The notes beneath the pieces were generated by a model, which saw nothing but the letters and a program-made list of their open reading frames with translations, had not been told where the DNA came from and ran no database searches. Positions 1-26,100 of a stretch of 64,000 nucleotides of DNA are shown in pieces (positions within the stretch are counted from its first letter, which is position 1; every line of letters starts with the position of its first letter). The stretch comes from Bugula neritina (lineage: Eukaryota > Animalia > Bryozoa). The position numbers and the translations under genes were made by a program. The stretch is taken from positions 22,167,319 through 22,231,318 of the forward strand of contig OZ037768.1 in NCBI GenBank assembly GCA_964035545.1, given 5' to 3'.

Positions 1-429
1 CATTGACATACGTTTGTATAAATGGTTAAAGCGTATCTATGTGATTTTAATATGTAGGTACTATTATTAAAATAATACATATACATAATATATACATAAT
101 ATGCTGCATAAAATAATATGATATAAAAATTAACATTATATATACATACTGTATGAAAGATGAAGTGGAGCCTATCCGTACTTTACTCAATGAAATTATC
201 ATAATATTGATGGAAAAATAATATATTATTATAAATAGCCTTTACTTTTATTAAAGAAAACTTAGTTATCTGTATAGAAACTATAATACATACTAATTGA
301 TGGAGAACACCCAAAACACTAATAATCATCATAATTTCTATTATGATATAAGGCTGGGTGCTACAAATTGATTTTAGAAGTTTAAAAAAAGAATAAACTA
401 TAATAAAAATAATAATAAATTTCTCTTAC

Positions 430-474
430 CAACTGTTTTGTAACCATTAAAGCTTGTTTTATAGTAGACCACAT
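430..474 (-). CDS. Candidate short alternative first coding exon (MWSTIKQALMVTKQL) of the left-hand minus-strand gene
   Basis: ATG at 474, 15 open codons, strong phase-0 donor TTG|GTAAG at 430/429; in-frame TAA 10 codons upstream of the ATG. No homology recognised with confidence. Confidence 0.3.
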
Positions 475-974
475 TCTAGCCCAGTCAGCCCCAGCGAAAA
501 CTTAATAATTTTCGAATACACTTTATACCTTCTATAGTATAGAATGGTGCACACTTTAGGTAAATCAATTTAGTTGAACAGATTGGCTGAGATGAGTAAG
601 TGGAACTTTTCCTCTCAACCAATCATTACTTCAATTTCCTCATAATTTGCAATACTTAGATCTGAAGAGTTTCAAGTAATTAATGTATGAAGTTAATTAT
701 TGATCATTAGTTGGTATATATACAGAGTCAGGGTATCTGTAGGTATACTTGTGTATATTATATAGTCTAACTCATCTGGCTTGCATAAGTTACATGTCAT
801 GTATTGTATACATTCAGTCATAATGTGTGCAAATATATAACAAAGATAGGAGGTGCGACTTAACTACCCTGCATGCCGATACATCCTTGTTGGTTCTAAG
901 TCTAAACATCTTTTAAACAGGTATAACAAGTTCTGCACAGTGTTTCCTGTACCATGATGCTCTCTTTTATGTTG

Positions 975-1074
<100 letters not shown>

Positions 1075-1462
1075 TATGTATTTTATATATATATATCTTA
1101 TGTATTTTATATATGCATTATAATTAACATATATTACACAAAACACATTTTAAAAAAGTAAAATAAATATTCAGCCTTCGTCAGGTTTAAATAACATATT
1201 TGAATTTCAATTGCTCATTTACCCATTCAAGACTTTCAATCAATATCATAGATCTTTATTACTAACACCAGGTTTATAGAACTTTAGACTTAAAGGATGT
1301 AATGATAATATTTCAATATAGCAGACAAATTTATATTCTTGATCAAAATATACCAAGTGTATACATATCATACTATAGTCTATACGAAAAAGGAAAAAGT
1401 ATATTACTATATTGGAAATTTTGCTCTTTTTTAAGCTAATAACCCACATTGCAACGTTATAC

Positions 1463-1483
1463 CTGCGTATGCCATTCTAGTAC
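1463..1483 (-). CDS. Candidate 21-nt microexon (VLEWHTQ); 24 nt if the upstream NAGNAG acceptor is used
   Basis: Minus strand TATTTTTAG CAG|GTACTAGAATGGCATACGCAG|GTATAA; phase 0-0, no stop, good pyrimidine tract. Confidence 0.4.
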
Positions 1484-2531
1484 CTGCTAAAAATATAACC
1501 CTACTAACTCATGTAATTACTAGCACCAATATTTCAATTTACAACTGATCTGCATTTAGTATAATGTAATAATTACCAGTAATTGTAATAATTTCAATTT
1601 GAAATAGCAACGACCTTGAAGGCAAAAACATTGAATCATACGCCTAATGCAAGTGTAACACACTGCCTGCAGTAGAAACCTTTTATACAATTACATCTAA
1701 TGATTATTATGCCAGCTCACTGAAATATTTAAATAGGAAAATAATAGAGATCCTTAGATAATTAATATATTATGTACTACTGATGATACATATAATTAGT
1801 GTGTAACTGGTTTGGAATTTGGTGGTTACAACATAACTATAAATTATAACGAATATAAAATGAAAGGTATGAGAAATGAGATAACATTCACAAATAATTT
1901 CATTTCAATTTCAATTTTCATTTCACTAATTTCATAATTTTTCAGTTTTATGGTCTTTGTTAGTCTGTTGCTAAAAAATTAGCTAAATTTTAGTTTTAAG
2001 GTACTTGAAGGCCACATTGTTTCGGCTCTGTTGAATATGATTAATATTATTTCCTACTTGCAATAAGTTGCACAAAAGTTTATATTTTATCAGTTCCAAG
2101 GCTATATCAATAATTCATTACTCAAGTGGATTCAAATTTTTCAATCGTTTTAAAACAAGGCCTACGATAAAAATTGGAGTTGTTGTACCTTGACTAGACT
2201 AGATCTTACAATAGTGTCATAAAAAAGTAATATAGTAGAAACTCAAGCATAAAGGAGCATAAAACCTTGCATGTGAAGCTAACAAATCTCAATCAATGCA
2301 ACACATGTATACCATTTGGTTTCCAGTCTCCAACTGTGTCTGTTAATTAACTTTATTTTATTTTGACTTTTCTTTCTTTAATTGTTAGCGAGAGGGAATT
2401 GTAGATAATATTGTCTATTAGCAGGTTTTACTTTTAGACAGACCTTTTTTGCCACTATTTTATATTGAAATTCTATCATTAACCACCTGGGCATAGCCTT
2501 GGAAACCTAGCTATAGGTATATCAGAATTAC

Positions 2532-2552
2532 CTGGAGTTGCCTGAGGTATAC
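2532..2552 (-). CDS. Candidate 21-nt microexon (VYLRQLQ)
   Basis: Minus strand CTATGCAG|GTATACCTCAGGCAACTCCAG|GTAATT; phase 0-0, matching the phase-0 donor at 3016. Confidence 0.4.
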
Positions 2553-3015
2553 CTGCATAGTGTTGCCAAGGCATAGAAGCAATATTTAGTTTGAGTTAGC
2601 ACCTTAGGTGTTTATATCAAACTCAAATACTAAGAAGTGAATTATGTAACTCAAAGAAAACCCATGATTCAACTCAATAAAGTAAAATTTGACTGTAAAT
2701 GGCCATAAGAAAAAATTGGATGGTTATTCAGCCTAAAGATCTAACAGTGACACTATACTGCCTGCAACCAGGTGAATCATTTAAGGCATCGTCTCTAAGT
2801 TCAAAACTAGTAAAAGAATACAAGATAAATTATCTAGCTCCCAGTCTTACAAAAGGGAGAATCTAAGACATTTTAAAAACTAAAAATAAAAACTTGCCAT
2901 TATCACTTTCATTTGCAACAGAATTGTTAAACTTTTCAGCTCTATACAGGATGTTCTAAAATTTTTTTGTTACCGGGACAGCCCTACTTGGCAGTTAAAC
3001 TACGTGTATACTTAC

Positions 3016-17122
<14,107 letters not shown>

Positions 17123-18461
17123 CAACCTTTTGTTCTACAAGTATGAGCAATGTTAGAATGTGTCATAATTTATTACAGAGCTCTTGAGTGAAGGAGGTAG
17201 AATGTGTTAGTCTAACGGATTATGCTAATGAGCTATCTTATGTATAAGCACTAGAGACCCAGTTTACATGCATTGTCACGGCTTCCAACTCAAAAAAACA
17301 ATTGCTAAAGTAGTAAATGTAAACAGTTATCAATTCACTTTTACAACATAATGAGAACACTTGGATGTTTGCAGTTCAAAGTTTTGACTTATCAAAGCTA
17401 CTATTTGAGAAAATGCCTGACTTTAGGACAAAATGCATTAAATCATTTTAAATTTGGTACCATGTGTTATCATTTATATAGCCAATGGCTAACTAAATAA
17501 AATAAATTATCCATGCATGTATAATAATAATTATTCAAAATATAATCACTAATAATTATATATTAAATATTAATTATTTAATAACTAATTGCTATATAGT
17601 GACTAATAATTATATAATAATAATTAATAATTATCTAAGCAATAATTAATAGCTATACATTCAAGTTCTGAAATGCAGTGCTTAGATGATTCAATGGGCT
17701 TATGAACTATAGTAGGAAACACATTATCTACATTAAATAAATAAAATTCTTCCAACACTTGGACACAGCATGTTTTGCTATTCTATTATCAAAGAAAGTC
17801 GCATGTTTAAATGTCACCAGTAGATAAAACACAAAGGATTGTAAAATGTTGAAACCTCAGTTTACATTCCCAAGCCATGTGAACTTCGTGATAAGATATG
17901 ACATGTAAACTATTTGCAGTTTGTAACTTTTCTGCATATTCATATATGATAACACAAAATATATTATCAATCATGAGTAAAATATCGAATAGAAAGAAAA
18001 TTCATCTACAATATTTTTACATAACTTTTTTAGTCACTCCACAAAATATTTTCAACTAAAATTTAAATATTCTTAGACTAAGCATGTCAATTATTAAAAT
18101 GTTGCTTAATTTAATTTCCTTACCTTCAATTCGGCTAGATTTCTGTGAGTCATTTTTATGTTGGCATAAAATATCAAATTTTATTAAAAAAACTATATAG
18201 ATGGTATTCAATAGCGCTATAAGCCATAAACTATGCTCATAAACTAAATAACATAAACAGCAAACCTTCATAAATCATTATCAATTATTTTGGTCTAAGC
18301 CTTAGGTTTAAGCTCAGCAAGGTCTTTGTAGAATTAGCTAGGTTTATAATTAGGTAGGTGAGGAGTTTGACAGGCTCTCAGTCTATGTTAGTGTAAGAAA
18401 TGTGTTTTAGATTCACTTGCATTAGTTTATACAAAAAAAAAACCTGTGTTGAGTAACATTT

Positions 18462-18620
18462 AGGTGAAGTAGTGGAAACATTTTATTAGCTCAAGTTCTT
18501 TAATTTTCTTAATGAATTTTGGTTTGGTGCGAGAGTTACAAATTTGCAAGGACATAACTTCTTTTGCTATATTTCTAATCAAGAACACAGGCTTTTCTCA
18601 ATTTCCTCATTACTGCACCT
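18462..18620. mobile_element. MITE family B, copy 2
   Basis: AGGTGAAGTAGTGG ... TCAATTTCCTCATTACTGCACCT ends; same internal motif. Confidence 0.72.
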
Positions 18621-21600
18621 TTTGAATAATTGATAGTTGAATAAGAGCTAATGGCTGAGTTATTAGCAAGGCAGCTCTTTATATCAAACTGGACGGCAAA
18701 TATTTCCAGATATTTTGCTGCTAGTTAGTACCTTACTTCGTACAAAGAGATAATTATTACTCTGTATCAAATTATTAGTAAATATTATGAAAACACATTC
18801 AAGTGTTGGGATATAAATAGAAATAACCTTGGCAGTCAAATGAGCTACGCATTAGAAAATGTGTTGCATTATGCAGAGCTTGAGTAGCTAAAATTTATAC
18901 CGGCATAGGATCCAAAAATAACGTTGTTAGAATTTTCCAGATGAAAGATATGAGTTACATTTGGCAGAAGATTCAAAAGAATATGAAGAAGTCTCTAAAA
19001 CATACGTGTAGTGGCACTCTTGAGGAGTTAGGCTGTGATAGTCATAAGCTATGCTGTGCTAGCTAACTGACATGTCTATACGTGCTGAGTAGTAATGCAC
19101 ACATTTCTATATCATGCAGCAGGTTTTGGCTTGAATATATATACACTGAATTATAAAAGCTACAGAGTGTTAAATTTGAGTGAAATTGGGATAGTAAAAC
19201 ATTATTATTTTTTCATTCGTCAAAACTAATGGATGAAATAATTGTTAATACGTTAACAGTCTTGCTTAACATTTTGTTAAAAAATATTTATCATTTAGTC
19301 TTAACTCTGTGAAAGCCCTACTTTATGACACTCTTTTTAGCATGAGTTTCTATTGAGGAGCAGAGTAACTACTGTGGGAGCACCCCCAACAGTCTTCATG
19401 CTTATTAGGCGTAGAACCTATAGCCAAGTATAATATACTAAATTTTTCTTGCTAAAGTCTAACTTCTAAAATATCTTTAACTTGAGAAATTGTCTACCCA
19501 CATATAAAAGTAAATGTGGGTCTGGAATTTAACTCATAACTTTCCCAGAAATTTACAAATATCTATAAATGTTTTGCACAAGATGAACAGTTTGTTAGTT
19601 TAGCCTATTGTCACTGAACTAGTCAATTCTGTTCGAGTAAAGTGGAAACAGGGTGTGACGAGAATTTATCGGTGAAAAGTGTTGCCTTACCTTGAAATGA
19701 AATTGTCCTTGTAAGCTGCCCCCACCAAACGCAAACTGCATTGAGTTTAGTGCATTCATTTCCTAAGATGAATTTGTTATAATAGCCTTTGATTTAAGAT
19801 ATGTGGCAAGTTAGAGGAGCTTGAATGCCTTCCCGTACTTTATGTAATATATCTTTGTGGTTCTTAAGGCTTTACAGGACTCTGTTAACAAATAAAAAAG
19901 CCCACAGGCTTATCAGTAATCAAACAAGGTTATTACATGTACAAGAATGTTGATGGTTGTGCAGGTAGAAATAACCAAGTTAGTAAGTTAGTTGTGTCCA
20001 CATGTATGTGCTGTATGTTTGTATGAATGGAAAGGAAAGCTATTAAATTAGCTGGTTACATCAAATATTGAAAGCCTACATGACAATGACTGGTGCAATC
20101 ATTGAAAAAGCTAAGATTATGAAAAACTTAGGCTGTATAAAGCTGCACCATGCTTACAAAGTGTTATTCCTTTTTGAGCCTTTACTACAGGCACAAATAT
20201 TTCAGTTTTAAATTTTTAAAAGATGTCTCTTTTGGAATAAATTTCATATTTATTTTATATATTAAAAGCATTTAGTATATAAAAACTACATAAAAAGCTG
20301 CGTACAGTTACTAATAGACTTTATATTAACAAACAAAAACACACAAAATGTAGTGCAATGAAATATGGTTATAAACTTAACAGGTGATGTTAGAAAAAAC
20401 ACATGCTCCTAGTCCGTCACATAGAAACCCTCAAATGATGGTGTTAGCATTGAAGGTGCAATCATCAGCCGACTCATAAGCTATTAGAAGGTTGCCCACA
20501 TAGTTAGAACTTTTATAATATAATATAATGAAATATAATTTATAACGTAGGCCTACCATATTAAAAAATTGTGCAATGTAATGCTATATATAATATTATA
20601 CTTGCATATGTTGAATCATGAAGTACTTTGACTTTGAAAAACATGAATTTATAGAGTTTGAGTCCTCTGTAACCACTAGTTCACATTCAAGTATTTATAT
20701 TTTAAAGAATCGTCAACTATATCTGTAAATCGGTTTCACAAACAAGTTTCTATGAAGTAATATATAATTCATGGCTTTTGAAAAACTGTGATATGGCAAC
20801 TTTCACACTTATAGCTGATGAAAAGAAGATTTATGCAGAAATATATTATTTATACTAACTATAGACTTAAAAATATGTGCCTTCAAATAATAGAATAGAT
20901 ATTTCATTTGATGTTAGTTGAAAAACTTACCCAGGGAGGTGGGAATGTATCTTATAACTATTTGTGAAAAAATAATGTGCTTATACGTTCTACTTTCTAG
21001 ACATAGCGTAGAATTCATCAATATCACTTTGTCTAATGAGTATATTACAATAATTTCCTAATGCTACTGATGCTTATACAAACTAGTTGTTTAGTTGACA
21101 GAAACTCCCACCTGAATAGACCATGTAATACAGTAGCTGTACTTGTAAGCCGAAATTCATATCACGGCTAAATAAATACTGTACCTTCCATCAACAAGAT
21201 AACTTCATTTGACGTCTGTATCTTGACATCGTTTGATGTTTCTTATCTGTTTTTGTATTACTGTATAAACTGCATGCAGTAGTAACAATCTATTTCATTG
21301 GACACCTTTGCCTATATGTTATTCATTACAAATCTCCATTTAAATTTTGCTATTTGCAATAAAATTTCTTTAAATAACTTTTTTTCCAGGAAGTAAAATG
21401 ATTTCAAATATAAAAATATTGACTTTCAAAGGATGCTGTAGGTCTTTGTACTATTTTGTTATTTAAATGACTAGTTTGAGTTGAGATGTGTTCATGTTCA
21501 TTAAAGAAATGTTTTATATAGCAGCTTGGATAAGTTTGCCATCACAATTTACATCATATCTTTAAAAATCAATCCCTTGATATTTTCACGTCTATACAAC

Positions 21601-23158
21601 AATTTATTGAATGTAAACTTTAAGACAAATCTTTTTAAAAAAGCTTCAATTGAAATGATCCAGTGCATTCCTCTTTTTATTATGTTAAAAGTGCAAAAAA
21701 TAAGCTGGGTTTATAGCATGAGCACTTTATGTAAGATTGCGGCTGATGAATTAAAACATTTGCATGCCGGGATATTAAAAATCCATTTAATGAAGATGGG
21801 CTTCTGGGCCAATTTAAAGTCCTTGAATAGAGTGAGAGAAAACTCTGCAATTAAGTTCATTTAAACTAACAAAATCTATTTATAACCATTCTGTACTATG
21901 ACACTAAAAATTGAATTGTGTTGTTACACAGAACTGATTATACTGTTAAGAAGTATCAGAGAGACATTACATGGTTAGTGGATGCAGAAATATGAAGTGT
22001 CTATATTGCATAATATCTTACCACAATGTTATAACATTTTCAATAATTTCAGAATTGTTAACATTTAAAACAATAAATACACTGCACAGTATTTGTTATA
22101 TTCTCCTTTATCATACGACAGCCACATACGTCTATTAATTTAACAAATCCCTTATTAGCAGTGCAAGCTGACCAGTTTTCATATCTTATGTAAAACGTGA
22201 AAATAGGCATGATTATAGCTACAATGTTTACTTAGCCGTGTTAATTAGATGCAACTCGGGCCATAAAATATGGTAAGACTATTGCATCATGTAAACTAGA
22301 CCTAGGATTACTCTAGTCACTGTTGCTAGGTAAGGCCTGCAATGGTAATATTGATTGCAAGTTTGTAGATAGTGGATGAAGAAAACGCATTTGATGATTG
22401 CTTAGTTATTGTACTTTAATGTATATTTTATTCACATTTTATTCATATGTACCACACTACACACGTATGTATTTGGGCATATTTGCGATAACTTTATTGT
22501 ATTTTTTTAAACAAGTTATTTCCAATAGGTGAAAACTCTCCCGTTAATAAATTAGTAGATGTTAAGTAAACCTTGATTCATTCTGTAGAAGTAACATGAA
22601 ACATCATATACTAGGCTAGAATCAATTACTTTATATTTATTGAAGAATGAGCTAAAATCAGTTGCACCAAATTTCAAAGTCTATTTTTCCATTTTTTGTT
22701 TATTATAAACCCCAACCAATGCACATATAGACCCATATACAATTTACAAGCGAACACCTATTAATGCATTAATGTGGGGTATTACTAGTATAACTCCATG
22801 TTGAACATTTCCACAAAATTTGGCGATGCTATGCTCTGTGTATAGATTTAAAATATAAATTACATAATTATTAAAATATTAATGAGTAATAAAGTAGCGA
22901 TATAGCATCGAGTATGAGTAGCCGTTTGCAAAATAACTAGTGGAAAATAGAGAAATCTAGTGATTACAGCGTAAGGTGGAGTAATAAAGCATATCCCCAC
23001 AGCCTACTGGCACACAACTATGAGTCTTATACCATAAACTACTATTTATATAATATTTGTAGTAAAAATTCTTAATCCAGGAATTGTCCTCTCCCATTAG
23101 CTGTGGATCCCATCATTCCCTGCCGTGAAAATATGAAGACGCATAGCTTTGTTTCTAG

Positions 23159-26100
23159 TTAAGTGTTAGACTGAGCAGTTTCTACGTGTATGAAGTTAGT
23201 CAACTGGGCAAATGCACTGGCACCTATACCAGCTTTAGTCATTTCTGCTAACGTCTGTTTCGTTTGCCCTAATATAGTCTCTAGTACTGGCAGGGGAGGC
23301 AATCCATGAATCTCTACAATAAATAATCAGAGATGCATTAGCTTAGAGCAGTATTGGTAACAGTTTTTACTATTTAGAGCTGCACCACTCACCTAGAATA
23401 GCACTATTTAGGGCTGCACCACTCACCTAGAATAGCACTATTTAGAGCTGCACCACTCACCTAGAATAGCACTATTTAGAGCTGCACCACTCACCTAGAA
23501 TAGCACTATTTAGGGCTGCACCACTCACCTAGAATAGCACTATTTAGAGCTGCACACACAGGCTCTCTCTGTAGTGGATCTAGTTGTGATCCAATAGGAC
23601 TATTCCAAGGATCTGAGTATGCCAGTAAGCTAAATATACCCTGTAATATCAGCCAGTGAGATGTACTGTAAGACAGAAGTATGACATAACTTGGACATTG
23701 AAGAATGTCAACGACACATGAGAAAATACTGAAAATTCTTATCACATGAATAGATCATGCATGCAAAGCAGCATGATCAGCCACTGCTAAAACACTATTG
23801 ACTAGTTTATATTTAGTTGAAGGACTTAGATTTAAACCTGTAGCAATTTGAAAAGGAAGTTTCATTGCAAGAACAAGCATTCCATTGTTTCACTCATTGC
23901 CATCACACACTGACAAACACATTTTTTTTTATAATTTAGACCAATAGGCCCAGACAAAGTTGCTTGTATACAAACAATATGTTGCACAATTATATAATCA
24001 ATGGTTGATACAACAGAAAATTTTTTCAGCATTCAGTTGCTTCTACAACTTAAGATTTTCCTTGAAAAGAAAATAACTTTCAATTCAATTATTAGACAAA
24101 ATGAAAGTTGTCATTTCGCACATGGTAGCATAACGATGGCGACTAGATAGTGTGAGGCTCTACCACCTCTTAGCACTTGGTAATGAGATCATTCTCAGGC
24201 AGCCCGCACTGAATTTAGTTGAAGTGAAAAATTTAGCCATGAAAGTGTTGGCTGTCACAATGACCTTCACCTTACCTCTAACATGAGATCATTCTCCTCA
24301 TTGGTCCCTCTTGTCTCATTCAACATAGTATTCATAGACTTCAACTCTTTACCAAACTGTAAGATTTTTATCAAATTGATTTCGCTGGTCGACTGAATAG
24401 AAGGAACGTGACTGCGTGGGAGATCAACATCTACAAAGTAAAACTCCATGGTATAACTCATCTTTACCTTCTGAACCAAAGAGTATAATGTAAACATTAT
24501 AGTATATCATGTAGGTACAAGCTATACGAGTATCAATAGACACACACCCATGTTATCGTTCATTCCGTCACCTCCGTCGCCCGCAGCGTGGCTATTGCCG
24601 TTAACTTCGGACACGTTCACAGTACCATTAGCTGTTGACATTGGAACGCTACCATTCAGTACACTTGTACCATTGGGTGTAACGTCTGAGCTATGTGCTG
24701 CTACAGCGCCGTTGCTATGAGTTGATATGGGTGACCCCATAGATGGCCTGTGAGGACTGTTAGCTGCTGACGTGTTTCTGCTACTTCTACAGTACATATA
24801 TATTACATAATACTACTTCTACAGTATATATATATTACATAATACTAGTTCTACAGTATATATATTACATAATACTACTTCTACAGTATATATATTACAT
24901 AATACTAGTTCTACAGTATATATATTACATAATACTACTTCTACAGTATATATATATTACATAATACTACTTCTACAGTATATATATTACAGAATACTAG
25001 TTCTACAGTATATATATTAAATAATACTACTTCTACAGTATATATATTACATAATACTACTTTTACAGTATATATATTACATAATACTACTTCTACAGTA
25101 TATATATATTACACTCCATACCACCAGAATTGTCACTTACTTATAACTATACGGAGAAACACATGGACTAGATTTAGCGCTACTGTGAGAAGAAATACAC
25201 CGTTTCCCCTTTTTACTCTGTATTTCAGTGTCGGTGCCATTCACCATCTCCACAAACTGCCGACATTTGAGCACAAAGAATAAGTTAGGTCTGCTCTCTA
25301 ATAACCCTGGATACAGCTCTTGTGTTACACTAATAGCCTCACCAATGTTTCCTCCTAGCACCAGTTTCTGTATGCCTAACAGATATAGAATAGGGTGGCT
25401 CATGAAACCTGAACCTAACCTAACAGAATAGTGTGATGAACTATGGTTACAAAAACTTTATTATGATTTTAAAAAGGTAGGCACAGCAATGGAGAAATTG
25501 AGAAAAGCCCGTGTTCTAGGTTAGAAATGTAGCAAAAGAAGATACGCTCTCGCAAGAATTTTAATCTCGTCCCAAACCAAAATTTATTAAAAAATAACTT
25601 AGGCTATTAAAATTTGTCCACAACTAAACCTAAATGATGTAAGATGACAGTGAACATCATACCAAACAAGTGATTTTGTTTATATCTGACAACCAGATCT
25701 GAAAACCAATACCATGCTGAGCATATGTATTTCTACTTAGTATACATGAGAAGACAATTAACAGAATACATACACTGAACTGTGGGATACATACACTGAA
25801 CTATGGGATACATATACTGAACTATGGGATACATATACTGAACTATGGGATACATACACTGAACTGTGGGATACATACACTGAACTATGGGATACATATA
25901 CTGAACTATGGGATACATATACTGAACTATGGGATACATATACTGAACTATGGGATACATACACTGAACTGTGGGATACATACACTGAACTGTGGGATAC
26001 ATACACTGAACTATGGGATACATACACTGAACTGTGGGATACATACACTGAACTGTGGGATACATACACTGAACTATAGGATATATACACTGAACTATGG

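Noticed and set aside
868-885. Possible third microexon (18 nt) and a 3-nt AAG microexon near 529-531
   Set aside because: Weak splice signals; such matches are expected by chance.
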